Positions 21,433-37,300 are shown, counted from the first letter of the stretch. The stretch is DNA of 43,054 bases from Nemertoderma westbladi (GCA_032718475.1 JAUCBJ010004665.1:1-43054); one strand, 5' to 3'. Program-made: numbers and translations. The notes: generated by a model not told the origin, from the letters alone.

Positions 21433-21714
21433 TTATTACAGCAATAAATAATGTGTCACCTCTTATATCAATTTTTGAATCCACTTTTCAACTTTTCAAG
21501 GCAATATAAAGTAATTTGAAGGTAGATAAGATATGGATAAAGTTTCAAACTAAAATTACTTGAAATGAAAAAACCAACAAATAGCTGCATAAAATTGTTG
21601 GAACTTCTTTCAAGAGCTCAGTGCCTTGAAAAATTATTCCCTATATTATATTTCTGCATGTGTGTGTAGTGTTAGTGGGGAAAATCTAAAGCTATCAGAA
21701 TGTCTTAAGAATTA

Positions 21715-22965
21715 AAATGTTTAAAATTTTCGATTTTTTATTTTTAATTTCATCTAGAGCAGAATTTAATGAGGATTTCAAATCTGAAAACGGTTTAGCG
21801 AGATCTCTTTTACTTTTCGAGTTATGGTTGTCTGTCCGTCTGTCTCTCTTTTGGTCTGACTGTCAGAATGCAACAATGTTCATGTTACAAAATTTATGTT
21901 GTAAGTTTTCATATTTTGTTGAACCTCATCAGTCTGCCTGTCTGCCTGCGTTTCTGTCTGTCTGCCGTAATTCATGCAGTTAGCTTTAATATTTTGTGGA
22001 ATCTCGACTGCCTGTCTCTCGGACTGTCCCTCTAATATTTTTGCAGTCATACAGACCCTAGATAGACAGAAAAAATTCAGCTAATTACGAAAACTGACAT
22101 CGGAAATAAAATTACCGACCACAAAAACCCCCATAGAGAAATTTTTAGCTATTGTGTTCTAATTATTATATTTTGACGGACAGACCGACAGACAAACTGA
22201 CACACAGACAGACATCAGATAGTCAGTTAGAAGACTAGATTTTCAAAAAAAAATAGAAAACTGACATCGGCAATGAATTCTCCTACCAGGAAAACCCCCA
22301 TAGGTAGTAGTTTGGTGTGGTATCCTTCCGTATAGGCAGACTTACTTTATCACATTATATTCATTCATATTCACATAAAATAATTGGCGGGAAGGTTTAA
22401 ACTAAAGAGTATTATCCCAGAATTACATTTTTTCACACAAAAAACACTACTCCTCCGCCATTTCTAAACTTTTTTTGTGATTTTTTATTTTTATGAAAGA
22501 AAATTTAATAAGCTTTAATATTCTTCGGCCACTTTTTTTGATTTCAGAATATTTCCGCATTTTTTTAAAGAAAAAACATAAAAAAACGTGGATTTTTTCA
22601 ATTTATAATAATTTTGAATTTTTTTTTACAAAATTTCCAATTATCCGAAATAGAAAATGAAAATAAAAAAAGTGGCCGAAGAATATGATGAAAATTAACA
22701 TGCTGGTTCCAAAAAATGTGGCATCGAAAAATGAAAATGGAAAATAATGGAGGAGTCTTTTTGGCAAAATTTTTTAAATCTTACGCCAGCCGCAAGGTGG
22801 CGCTAAAATTTTTTTTTTCACATTTTTATTTACTTAAGTTCATTCTCTTTTCGATGGTATATAGTTTTCTGCGCATTCTTCAACCATATTGGAGATATAA
22901 ACAAATAAAAAAAAAACCACAAGGGGGGCGCACCCCCCCCCCCCCCCCCCCCCCACCCCCCCTTA
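21715..22965. mobile_element. Degenerate non-autonomous DNA element relic ending in a G/C-run
   Basis: Longer copy of 14823-15733, continuing to aaggggggcgcacccc...cccctta; matching left terminus not identified. Confidence 0.4.
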
Positions 22966-23213
22966 CGGGAACTGATTTGGATAACTGTAGTATAAATAAA
23001 GTAGAGGACTTTACACTTTACTCCAGCAGACGGGTTCTTTAACTCAGTGTGGTAACAGGATGGACAACGCTATCGCACCACACATGCGTCATATCACAGG
23101 GATTGCACCACGTATTCTGTACAACATGATTCCACCCACTCTCAACGGAGCGGTAGGCGCTGCTGTTATCCTAAGACAAGTGTAGCAGTCCGAAAGTACA
23201 ATAAAAATGTTGG

Positions 23214-23596
23214 CCCATGTGAAGAATACCAGACTTTCTGCAGTTATATTTCACTTTGCAGTTACCCCCATGTGAAGAATTCCAGACTTTCTGCCGTTAT
23301 ATTTCACTTTGCAGTTACCCCCATGTGAAGAATACCAGACTTTCTGCCGTTATATTTCACTTTGCAGTTACCCCCATGTGAAGAATACCAGGTTTTCACC
23401 AAAAACACAGGTTACAGAAGGGTTGAATCTAACCAAAACAATAAACGAATTAGTATATGTACAGGTTATAAGACAGAAATAAGCGCTATAAAACACTTAA
23501 TAAAGATAAATTTAAAAAAATGAAAAATCTTCATATATAAAATTCCAATAAAAATGTCGACCGAAAAGTGAAATCCTGGTATTCTTCACATGAGGG
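23214..23596. mobile_element. Small TIR element (23371-23596) preceded by three 53-bp tandem units containing its left end
   Basis: cccccatgtgaagaataccaggttttcac (23371-23399) vs gtgaaatcctggtattcttcacatgaggg (23568-23596), 27/29 pairs; cccatgtgaagaataccag recurs every 53 bp from 23214. Confidence 0.65.
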
Positions 23597-24282
23597 AAAA
23601 TGTTAGATTATATTATTATGTGACTTTCTTTTGGAATTTTTCGAACTCATTATATTAAAGATCGGTAGGCGCTAGCATAAAATTAGAAACGGTTGATATT
23701 TTGGATAAAAGAATATAATTTATACATTTATTTATCGTAACTTATTAGAAACCTATAATTATAGTAATAAAAGTGGGTTGCTAATTCAAATAGAGAACAT
23801 CATATCAGTTTTGAATGTAAAGCTGTACATTTATACTAGCGAAGTAATGCAGACAGACAGACCTTTTACAGCTCCATGTGAGTAATAAATATCAAAACCA
23901 ATATAGGATGATAATAGATGAGTAATGCCGAGGATGCAATATCGGCTACGGAGTGAGATATGTTACGGTGTGAGAAGGTGTGGCGTGGAAGAGGTATTAT
24001 AGTTGGATGGACTTTAGTTATTGGTTTGTACGTTGTTCGCAAATTGTCCGTTGTCCGTCGTTTTCCGTTAACATTATTGGTGTATTTAATTGGTGAGATT
24101 AACATTATGACTAGTTGATTTCAGAAACAATACACGTTGTAAGTCACACAACCATTCTTATTCACGACACATCCTCTGGGGTCCATTCATATCTATCGAC
24201 CGGTCTGTCAGACAGCAGGTTTCCTTTCAGAACCCCGGCCGGGTGGACGGTAAGGAGATGCGTGGAACATAGTCAACCACAA

Positions 24283-25165
24283 TTCTTGTTCATAATTGTG
24301 GTTGACTATGTTCTCCTGCCAAGTACCTAAAACCTAACTGATCTAGACTTTGCTGATGACTTAGGAGTACTCTCAGAATCATTAGAGGGAGCCCAACGGC
24401 TCCTCAGCTCATTAGAACATGCTGCTTCTAGTGTTGGTCTTTTTATTAACTCCAAAAAGACCAATATTTTGACAGTTAATTTTGAAAGTCCCCAGCAAGT
24501 CTCTGATCGGATGAGCATAAGCTCAAAGGATGGTATGCTTGAGCATGTGGATGACTTCTGTTACCTGGGATCATGGATCCGGAAGTCAGGTGATGACCTT
24601 CGAATACGTAAGGAAAAGGCATGGGCAGCCTTGAATAGGCTTTCCAGGATTTGGAAGTCACCGAGAATTAATCGGAAACTTAAGGTCCGGTTATTTAGAG
24701 CAGCAGTAGTTCCAGTACTCCTCTATGGGAGTCCATGCTGGGCTCTAACTGCTGAGGACACCAAATCTCTGGATGGCACATTCACAAGAATGCTACGCCG
24801 GGTTCATTGTGTCAAGTACAAAGCACACATCTCCAACCAGACACTATATAACATTGGAGGTCTCTCATTGGTTCCCCCAAGCATGACACTAGAACAAAGC
24901 CGCCTCCGCTTTGCAGGACATTGCTTTCGCCGTGAGGAATGTGCTTAATCTTGTGCTTTGGCAGCCTGATGGAGTGAATAAGCATGGTGGACAGCCCATG
25001 ACTTTCTTGAGATGCATCTTAAAGGACACTGGCCTTGAAGATGCGGATGATCTAGCAAATGTCATGGGTGATAGGGAGTTGTGGCGGCTCAATTTTGTCG
25101 ACAAGCCGGCACAGCATTCTTAAAAATGCAGCTGCAATGCAGCTTGCCGATCCTAGTAGTATAGG
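24283..25165 (+). mobile_element. 5'-truncated, decayed non-LTR retrotransposon (RTE-like), RT C-terminal part
   Basis: FLFIIVVDYVL, then TDLDFADDL (RT catalytic motif, ~24337-24363), HVDDFCYLGS, KVRLFRAAVVPVLLYG, RLRFAGHCFR; frameshift near 24940; stop at 25123 and short 3' UTR ending ctagtagt. Confidence 0.9.
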
Positions 25166-25539
25166 GTGAACGTGAGAAGGGAGGTAGATATTCAACTAGA
25201 GTTACACTCGGGAATCAGATTAGGGCTTTCGACATTCTCACCACACAACGAGATCTACTGACATTCTAGAAGATATTACAATGAAACCAAACCTGATACC
25301 TAAAATTGTCAATAAGATTGATTCAAACTTTGATCATTAAACTTTAATAATCTGTTAATGTTTATTATAAAAGTTTAGAAATTCCACGCTAAATGTCAAA
25401 TTTTCCCCATGTTTGCAGATTCCTCACCCCGCGCAACGCAGGTTTTTTTTAATTTAAGTGCTAACAGAAACTCTGTTGCCAGATTAACCAATGAACTAAC
25501 ATTTACACACTTTAGCTTACACACCGTTTTTGCGCGGAG

Positions 25540-25757
25540 CACACCTAGTTCAGTAAAGTTACACACCTAGTTCAGTAAAGTTACACACCACACACCTAGT
25601 TCAGTAAAGTTACACACCTAGTTCAGCAAAGTTACACACCTAGTTCAGTAAAGTTACACACCTAGTTCAGTAAAGTTACACACCTAGTTCAGTAAAGTTA
25701 CACACCAAGTTCAGTAAAGTTACACACCTAGTTCAGTAAAGTTACACACCTGGTTCA
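25540..25757. repeat. 22-bp minisatellite, ~9-10 copies
   Basis: Unit acacacctagttcagtaaagtt. Confidence 0.92.
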
Positions 25758-26029
25758 TCATCAGATCCGTCAAGGAAACTCAAATGGCTAAAGCAGGATG
25801 TTGGGAGGAAGTCAGAAAGTTTTCCCATCTGAACCCTAAAAGGATAGATAATAAAGGAACTAATAAAAGTCTTTATTAAAGGTGAAATTACACTGAAAAA
25901 TTAACTTATAACTATAGAAAATAAAAATACGTTTATAGACTGTCAGTTTGTATTAAACTTATCTACAAACAAGAACTATTGTATGTTTTATTGGATATGA
26001 CTATATTATTATTATTATTTTTTAATTAA

Positions 26030-29000
26030 TATAATTTTATTCACTAAGACCAACCTTATGTATCAATAATTTTATTTACTAAGACCAACCTTATGTATCA
26101 ATAATTTTATTCACTAATACCGACTTAATGTATCAATAATTTTATTTACTAAGACCGACCTTATGTATCAATAATTTTATTCACTAAGACCGACCTTATG
26201 TATCAATAATTTCATTCACTAAGACCGACCTTATGTATCAATAATTTTATTCACTAAGACCGACCTTATGTATCAATAATTTCATTCACTAAGACCGACC
26301 TTATGTATCAATAATTTTATTCACTAAGACCGACCTTATGTATCAATAATTTTATTTACTAAGACCGACCTTATGTATCAATAATTTTATTTACTAAGAC
26401 CGACCTTATGTATCAACAATTTTATTTACTAAGACCGACCTTATGTATCAATAATTTCATTTACTAAGACTGACCTTATGTATCAATAATTTTATTCACT
26501 AAGACCGACCTTATGTATCAATAATTTTATTTACTAAGACCGACCTTATGTATCAATAATTTTATTAACTAAGACCGACCTTATGTATCAATAATTTTAT
26601 TTACTAAGACCGAACTTATGTATCAATAATTTTATTTACTAAGACCGACCTTATGTATCAATAATTTTATTTACTAAGACCGACCTTATGTATCAATAAT
26701 TTTATTCACTAAGACCGACCTTATGTATCAATAATTTTATTTACTAAGACCGACCTTATGTATCAATAATTTTATTTACTAAGACCGACCTTAAGTATAA
26801 ATAATTTTATTCACTAAGACCGACCTTATGTATCAATAATTTTATTTACTAAGACCGACCTTATGTATCAATAATTTTATTTACTAAGACCGACCTTATG
26901 TATCAATAATTTTATTCACTAAGACCGACCTTATGTACCAATAATTTTATTCACTAAGACCGACCTTATGTATCAATAATTTTATTTACTAAGACCGACC
27001 TTATGTATCAATAATTTTATTCACTAAGAACGAAATAATGTATCAATAATATTATTTACTAAGACCGACCTTATGTATCAATAATTTTATTCACTAATAC
27101 CGACTTAATGTATCAATAATTTTATTCACTAAGAACGAACTAATGTATCAATAATATTATTTACTAAGACCGACCTTATGAATCAATAATTTTATTTACT
27201 AAGACCGACCTTATGTATCAATAATTTTATTCACTAAGAACGAAATAATGTATCAATAATATTATTTACTAAGACCGACCGTATGTATCAATAATTTTAT
27301 TTACTAAGACCGACCTTATGTATCAATAATTTTATTCACTAAGACCGACCTTATGTATCAATAATTTTATTTACTAAGACCGACCTTATGTATCAATAAT
27401 TTTATTTACTAAGACCGACCTTATGTATCAATAATTTTATTTACTAAGACCGACCTTATGTATCAATAATTTTATTTACTAAGACCGACCTTATGTATCA
27501 ATAATTTTATTTACTAAGACCGACCTTATGTATCAATAATTTTATTCACTAAGACCGACCTTATGTATCAATAATTTTATTTACTAAGACCGACCTTAAG
27601 TATAAATAATTTTATTCACTAAGACCGACCTTATGTATCAATAATTTTATTTACTAAGACCGACCTTATGTATCAATAATTTTATTTACTAAGACCGACC
27701 TTATGTATCAATAATTTTATTTACTAAGACCGACCTTATGTATCAATAATTATATTTACTAAGACCGACCTTATGTATCAATAATTCTATTCACTAAGAC
27801 CGACCTTATGTTATCAATAATTTTATTTACTAAGACCGACCTTATGTATCAATAATTTTATTCACTAAGACCGACCTTATGTATCAATAATTTTATTCAC
27901 TAAGACCAAACTAATGTATCAATAATTTTACTCACTAAGACCGAGCTTAAGTATCAATAATTTTATTTACTAAGACCGACCTTATGTATCAATAATTTTA
28001 TTTACTAAGACCGACCTTATGTATCAATAATTTTATTCACTAAGACCGACCTTATGTATCAATAATTTTATTTACTAAGACCGACCTTATGTATCAATAA
28101 TTTTATTTACTAAGACCGACCTTATGTATCAATAATTTTATTTACTAAGACCGACCTTATGTATCAATAATTTTATTTACTAAGACCGACCTTATGTATC
28201 AATAATTTTATTTACTAAGACCGACCTTATGTATCAATAATTTTATTCACTAAGACCGACCTTATGTACCAATAATTTTATTCACTAAGACCGACCTTAT
28301 GTATCAATAATTTTATTCACTAAGATCAAACTAATGTATCAATAATTTTACTCACTAAGACCGACCTTATGTATCAATAATTTTATTTACTAAGACCGAC
28401 CTTATATATCAATAATTTTATTTACTAAGACCGACCTTATGTTATCAATAATTTTATTTACTAAGACCGACCTTATGTATCAATAATTTTATTCACTAAG
28501 ACCGACCTTATGTATCAATAATTTTATTCACTAAGACCAAACTAATGTATCAATAATTTTACTCACTAAGACCGAGCTTAAGTATCAATAATTTTATTTA
28601 CTAAGACCGACCTTATGTATCAATAATTTTATTTACTAAGACCGACCTTATGTATCAATAATTTTATTCACTAAGACCGACCTTATGTATCAATAATTTT
28701 ATTTACTAAGACCGACCTTATGTATCAATAATTTTATTTACTAAGACCGACCTTATGTATCAATAATTTTATTTACTAAGACCGACCTTATGTATCAATA
28801 ATTTTATTTACTAAGACCGACCTTATGTATCAATAATTTTATTTACTAAGACCGACCTTATGTATCAATAATTTTATTCACTAAGACCGACCTTATGTAC
28901 CAATAATTTTATTCACTAAGACCGACCTTATGTATCAATAATTTTATTCACTAAGATCAAACTAATGTATCAATAATTTTACTCACTAAGACCGACCTTA

Positions 29001-32000
29001 TGTATCAATAATTTTATTTACTAAGACCGACCTTATATATCAATAATTTTATTTACTAAGACCGACCTTATGTATCAATAATTTTATTTACTAAGACCGA
29101 CCTTAAGTATAAATAATTTTATTCACTAAGACCGACCTTATGTATCAATAATTTTATTTACTAAGACCGACCTTATGTATCAATAATTTTATTTACTAAG
29201 ACCGACCTTATGTATCAATAATTTTATTTACTAAGACCGACCTTATGTATCAACAATTATATTTACTAAGACCGACCTTATGTATCAATAATTCTATTCA
29301 CTAAGACCGACCTTATGTATCAATAATTTTATTTACTAAGACCGACCTTATGTATCAATAATTTTATTCACTAAGACCGACCTTATGTATCAATAATTTT
29401 ATTCACTAAGACCAAACTAATGTATCAATAATTTTACTCACTAAGACCGACCTTAAGTATCAATAATTTTATTTACTAAGACCGTCCTTATGTATCAATA
29501 ATTTTATTTACTAAGACCGACCTTATGTATCAATAATTTTATTTACTAAGACCGACCTTATGTATCAATAATTTTATTTACTAAGACCGACCTTATGTAT
29601 CAATAATTTTATTTACTAAGACCGACCTTATGTATCAATAATTTTATTTACTAAGACCGACCTTATGTATCAATAATTTTATTTACTAAGACCGACCTTA
29701 TGTATCAATAATTTTATTTACTAAGACCGACCTTATGTATCAATAATTTTATTCACTAAGACCGACCTTATGTATCAATAATTTTATTTACTAAGACCGA
29801 CCTTATGTATCAATAATTTTATTTACTAAGACCGACCTTATGTATCAATAATTTTATTCACTAAGACCGACCTTATGTATCAATAATTTTATTTACTAAG
29901 ACCGACCTTATTTATCAATAATTTTATTTACTAAGACCGACCTTATGTATCAATAATTTTATTCACTAAGACCAACCTTATGTATCAATAATTTTATTTA
30001 CTAAGACCGACCTTATGTATCAATAATTTTATTTACTAAGACCGACCTTATGTATCAATAATTTTATTCACTAAGACCGACCTTATGTATCAATAATTTT
30101 ATTCACTAAGACCAACCTTATGTATCAATAATTTTATTTACTAAGACCGACCTTATGTATCAATAATTTTATTTACTAAGACCGACCTTATGTATCAATA
30201 ATTTTATTCACTAAGACCGACCTTATGTATCAATAATTTTATTCACTAAGACCAACCTTATGTATCAATAATTTTATTTACTAAGACCGACCTTATGTAT
30301 CAATAATTTTATTTACTAAGACCGACCTTATGTATCAATAATTTTATTCACTAAGACCGACCTTATGTATCAATAATTTTATTCACTAAGACCAACCTTA
30401 TGTATCAATAATTTTATTTACTAAGACCGACCTTATGTATCAATAATTTTATTTACTAAGACCGACCTTATGTATCAATAATTTTATTTACTAAGACCGA
30501 CCTTATGTATCAATAATTTTATTCACTAAGACCGACCTTATGTATCAATAATTTTATTTACTAAGACCGACCTTATTTATCAATAATTTTATTTACTAAG
30601 ACCGACCTTATGTATCAATAATTTTATTCACTAAGACCAACCTTATGTATCAATAATTTTATTTACTAAGACCGACCTTATGTATCAATAATTTTATTTA
30701 CTAAGACCGACCTTATGTATCAATAATTTTATTTACTAAGACCGACCTTATGTATCAATAATTTTATTTACTAAGACCGACCTTATTTATCAATAATTTT
30801 ATTTACTAAGACCGACCTTATGTATCAATAATTTTATTCACTAAGACCAACCTTATGTATCAATAATTTTATTTACTAAGACCGACCTTATGTATCAATA
30901 ATTTTATTTACTAAGACCGACCTTATGTATCAATAATTTTATTCACTAAGACCGACCTTATGTATCAATAATTTTATTCACTAAGACCAACCTTATGTAT
31001 CAATAATTTTATTTACTAAGACCGACCTTATGTATCAATAATTTTATTTACTAAGACCGACCTTATGTATCAATAATTTTATTCACTAAGACCGACCTTA
31101 TGTATCAATAATTTTATTCACTAAGACCAACCTTATGTATCAATAATTTTATTTACTAAGACCGACCTTATGTATCAATAATTTTATTTACTAAGACCGA
31201 CCTTATGTATCAATAATTTTATTCACTAAGACCGACCTTATGTATCAATAATTTTATTCACTAAGACCAACCTTATGTATCAATAATTTTATTTACTAAG
31301 ACCGACCTTATGTATCAATAATTTTATTTACTAAGACCGACCTTATGTATCAATAATTTTATTTACTAAGACCGACCTTATGTATCAATAATTTTATTCA
31401 CTAAGACCGACCTTATGTATCAATAATTTTATTTACTAAGACCGACCTTATTTATCAATAATTTTATTTACTAAGACCGACCTTATGTATCAATAATATT
31501 ATTCACTAAGACCAACCTTATGTATCAATAATTTTATTTACTAAGACCGACCTTATGTATCAATAATTTTATTTACTAAGACCAACCTTATGTATCAATA
31601 ATTTTATTTACTAAGACCGACCTTATGTATCAATAATTTTATTTACTAAGACCGACCTTATGTATCAATAATTTTATTTACTAAGACCGACCTTATGTAT
31701 CAATAATTCTATTCACTAAGACCGACCTTATGTATCAATAATTTTATTTACTAAGACCGACCTTATGTATCAATAATTCTATTTACTAAGACCGACCTTA
31801 TGTATCAATAATTTTATTTACTAAGACCGACCTTATGTATCAATAATTTTATTTACTAAGACCGACCTTATGTATCAATAATTTTATTTACTAAGACCGA
31901 CCTTATGTATCAATAATTTTATTTACTAAGACCGACCTTATGTATCAATAATTTTATTCACTAAGACCGACCTTATGTATCAATAATTTTATTTACTAAG

Positions 32001-35000
32001 ACCGACCTTATGTATCAATAATTTTATTCACTAAGACCGACCTTATGTATCAATAATTTTATTTACTAAGACCGACCTTATGTATCAATAATTTTATTTA
32101 CTAAGACCGACCTTATGTATCAATAATTTTATTTACTAAGACCGACCTTATGTATCAATAATTTTATTTACTAAGACCGACCTTATGTATCAATAATTTT
32201 ATTCACTAAGACCGACCTTATGTATCAATAATTTTATTTACTAAGACCGACCTTATGTATCAATAATTTTATTCACTAAGACCGACCTAATGTATCAATA
32301 ATTTTATTTACTAAGACCGACCTTATGTATCAATAATTTTATTCACTAAGACCGACCTTATGTATCAATAATTTTATTCACTAAGACCGACCTTATGTAT
32401 CAATAATTTTATTTACTAAGACCGACCTTATGTATCAATAATATTATTTACTAAGACCGACCTTATGTATCAATAATTTTATTCACTAAGACCGACCTTA
32501 TGTATCAATAATTTTATTTACTAAGACCGACCTTATGTATCAATAATATTATTTACTAAGACCGACCTTATGTATCAATAATTTTATTCACTAAGACCGA
32601 CCTTATGTATCAATAATTTTATTTACTAAGACCGACCTTATGTATCAATAATATTATTTACTAAGACCGACCTTATGTATCAATAATTTTATTTACTAAG
32701 ACCGACCTTATGTATCAATAATTTTATTCACTAAGACCGACCTTATGTATCAATAATTTTATTTACTAAGACCGATCTTATGTATCAATAATATTATTTA
32801 CTAAGACCGACCTTATGTATCAATAATTTTATTTACTAAGACCGACCTTATGTATCAATAATATTATTTACTAAGACCGACCTTATGTATCAATAATTTT
32901 ATTTACTAAGACCGACCTTATGTATCAATAATTTTATTCACTAAGACCGACCTTATGTATCAATAATTTTATTTACTAAGACCGATCTTATGTATCAATA
33001 ATATTATTTACTAAGACCGACCTTATGTATCAATAATTTTATTTACTAAGACCGACCTTATGTATCAATAATTTTATTTACTAAGACCGACCTTATGTAT
33101 CAATAATTTTATTCACTAAGACCGACCTTATGTATCAATAATTTTATTTACTAAGACCGATCTTATGTATCAATAATATTATTTACTAAGACCGACCTTA
33201 TGTATCAATAATTTTATTTACTAAGACCGACCTTATGTATCAATAATTTTATTCACTAAGACCGACCTTATGTATCAATAATTTTATTTACTAAGACCGA
33301 TCTTATGTATCAATAATTTTATTTACTAAGACCGACCTTATGTATCAATAATTTTATTTACTAAGACCGACCTTATGCATCAATAATTTTATTTACTAAG
33401 ACCGACCTTATGTATCAATAATTTTATTTACTAAGACCGACCTTATGCATCAATAATTTTATTTACTAAGACCGACCTTATGTATCAATAATTTTATTTA
33501 CTAAGACCGACCTTATGCATCAATAATTTTATTCACTAAGACCGACCTTATGTATCAATAATTTTATTCACTAAGACCGACCTTATGTATCAATAATTTT
33601 ATTCACTAAGACCGACCTTATGCATCAATAATTTTATTCACTAAGACCGACCTTATGTATCAATAATTTTATTCACTAAGACCGACCTTATGTATCAATA
33701 ATTTTATTTACTAAGACCGACCTTATGTATCAATAATATTATTTACTAAGACCGACCTTATGTATCAATAATTTTATTTACTAAGACCGACCTTATGCAT
33801 CAATAATTGTATTCACTAAGACCGACCTTATGTATCAATAATTGTATTCACTAAGACCGACCTTATGTATCAATAATTTTATTTACTAAGACCGACCTTA
33901 TGTATCAATAATTTTATTTACTAAGACCGACCTTATGTATCAATAATTTTATTTACTAAGACCGACCTTATGTATCAATAATTTTATTTACTAAGACCGA
34001 CCTTATGTATCAATAATTTTATTCACTAAGACCGACCTTATGTATCAATAATTGTATTCACTAAGACCGACCTTATGCATCAATAATTTTATTCACTAAG
34101 ACCGACCTTATGTATCAATAATTTTATTCACTAAGACCGACCTTATGTATCAATAATTTTATTTACTAAGACCGACCTTATGTATCAATAATATTATTTA
34201 CTAAGACCGACCTTATGTATCAATAATTTTATTTACTAAGACCGACCTTATGCATCAATAATTGTATTCACTAAGACCGACCTTATGTATCAATAATTGT
34301 ATTCACTAAGACCGACCTTATGTATCAATAATTTTATTTACTAAGACCGACCTTATGCATCAATAATTGTATTCACTAAGACCGACCTTATGTATCAATA
34401 ATTGTATTCACTAAGACCGACCTTATGTATCAATAATTTTATTCACTAAGACCGACCTTATGTATCAATAATTTTATTTACTAAGACCGACCTTATGTAT
34501 CAATAATATTATTTACTAAGACCGACCTTATGTATCAATAATTTTATTTACTAAGACCGACCTTATGCATCAATAATTGTATTCACTAAGACCGACCTTA
34601 TGTATCAATAATTGTATTCACTAAGACCGACCTTATGTATCAATAATTTTATTTACTAAGACCGACCTTATGTATCAATAATTTTATTCACTAAGACCGA
34701 CCTTATGTATCAATAATTTTATTCACTAAGACCGACCTTATGTATCAATAATTTTATTTACTAAGACCGACCTTATGTATCAATAATTTTATTTACTAAG
34801 ACCGACCTTATGTATCAATAATTTTATTCACTAAGACCGACCTTATGTATCAATAATTTTATTTACTAAGACCGACCTTATGTATCAATAATTTTATTCA
34901 CTAAGACCGACCTTATGTATCAATAATTTTATTTACTAAGACCGACCTTATGTATCAATAATTTTATTTACTAAGACCGACCTTATGTATCAATAATTTT

Positions 35001-36818
35001 ATTTACTAAGACCAACCTTATGTATCAATAATTTTATTTACTAAGACCGACCTTATGTATCAATAATTTTATTCACTAAGACCGACCTTATGTATCAATA
35101 ATTTTATTTACTAAGACCGACCTTATGTATCAATAATTTTATTTACTAAGACCGACCTTATGTATCAATAATTTTATTCACTAAGACCGACCTTATGTAT
35201 CAATAATTTTATTCACTAAGACCGACCTTATGTATCAATAATTTTATTCACTAAGACCGACCTTATGTATCAATAATTTTATTTACTAAGACCGACCTTA
35301 TGTATCAATAATTTTATTTACTAAGACCGACCTTATGTATCAATAATTTTATTTACTAAGACCGACCTTATGTATCAATAATTTTATTTACTAAGACCGA
35401 CCTTATGTATCACTAATTTTATTCACTAAGACCGACTTATGTATCAATAATTTTATTCACTAAGACCGACTTATGTATCAATAATTTTATTCACTAAGAC
35501 CGACCTTATGTATCAATAATTTTATTTACTAAGACCGACCTTATGTATCACTAATTTTATTCACTAAGACCGACTTATGTATCAATAATTTTATTCACTA
35601 AGACCGACTTATGTATCAATAATTTTATTCACTAAGACCGACCTTATGTATCAATAATTTTATTTACTAAGACCGACCTTATGTATCAATAATTTTATTT
35701 ACTAAGACCGACCTTATGTATCAATAATTTTATTTACTAAGACCGACCTTATGTATCAATAATTTTATTTACTAAGACCGACCTTATGTATCACTAATTT
35801 TATTCACTAAGACCGACTTATGTATCAATAATTTTATTCACTAAGACCGACCTTATGTATCACTAATTTTATTCACTAAGACCGACCTTATGTATCAATA
35901 ATTTTATTTACTAAGACCGACCTTATGTATCAATAATTTTATTTACTAAGACCGACCTTATGTATCAATAATTTTATTTACTAAGACCGACCTTATGTAT
36001 CAATAATTTTATTTACTAAGACCGACCTTATGTATCACTAATTTTATTCACTAAGACCGACTTATGTATCAATAATTTTATTCACTAAGACCGACCTTAT
36101 GTATCAATAATTTTATTCACTAAGACCGACCTTATGTATCAATAATTTTATTCACTAAGACCGACCTTATGTATCAATAATTTTATTTACTAAGACCGAC
36201 CTTATGTATCAATAATTTTATTTACTAAGACCGACCTTATGTATCAATAATTTTATTTACTAAGACCGACCTTATGTATCAATAATTTTATTTACTAAGA
36301 CCGACCTTATGTATCAATAATTTTATTTACTAAGACCGACCTTATGTATCAATAATTTTATTCACTAAGACCGACCTTATGTATCAATAATTTTATTCAC
36401 TAAGACCGACCTTATGTATCAATAATTTTATTTACTAAGACCGGCCTTATGTATCAATAATTTTATTTACTAAGACCGACTTATGTATCAATAATTTTAT
36501 TCACTAAGACCGACCTTATGTATCAATAATTTTATTTACTAAGACCGACCTTATGTATCAATAATTTTATTTACTAAGACCGACCTTATGTATCAATAAT
36601 TTTATTTACTAAGACCGACCTTATGTATCAATAATTTTATTTACTAAGACCGACCTTATGTATCAATAATTTTATTTACTAAGACCAACCTTATGTATCA
36701 ATAATTTTATTTACTAAGACCGACCTTATGTATCAATAATTTTATTTACTAAGACCGACCTTATGTATCAATAATTTTATTCACTAAGACCGACCTTATG
36801 TATCAATAATTTTATTTA
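26030..36818. repeat. 35-bp AT-rich satellite, ~308 copies
   Basis: Unit ataattttatt[t/c]actaagaccgaccttatgtatca. Confidence 0.98.
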
Positions 36819-37300
36819 CATTTGTTCGTTCGGCATTACATTTTAAATTATTAATAATAATAATAATATTATCTACAAACCTCACTAACATAGTTAAATT
36901 AACCAATAATGGAAACATATTGAAAAGGTAAATAAAATATCCGAGTAGTTCATGACCCCAAGCACCAAATATGTGTTTAATGGGTTTAAATTTTTTATTA
37001 ATTTATTAAATTCTAAATTCATTTAAAACATAAAAGGAAAGAAGCAGGTCACATTGGCGGTGTTTTCTAACCAAAACAATATACACAACTTTATATCATA
37101 TGCGACCAATTTGCACCACCATATAATAATGTAGAAGTTTATTCGTTGCAATTATTAAAACAATAAGCTGTTTGCTACAGCGTTAGTGCTGGTACTCCAT
37201 TACTACAGTGTATCCATTAAAAGACATAGTTAAATACGAGTAACAAAATATAAAACTTATAAAAAAAGCTTAAACTATCTAACAAATATAGCAGAGAGGT

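Larger units (their letters stand above)
9246..22698. repeat. Tandem segmental duplication: copy 1 ~9246-15733, copy 2 ~15773-22698
   Basis: High identity over 10600-12240 vs 17170-18816 and over 13868-15733 vs 20673-22698 (copy 1 has two ~80-90-bp deletions); central parts diverged or unrelated. Confidence 0.92.

Noticed and set aside
22716-23042. ORF with a polyproline tract
   Set aside because: Derived from a poly-C run in a transposon relic
13394-36818. CRISPR-like appearance of the 29- and 35-bp repeats
   Set aside because: Head-to-tail units with no unique spacers, no cas genes, eukaryotic context
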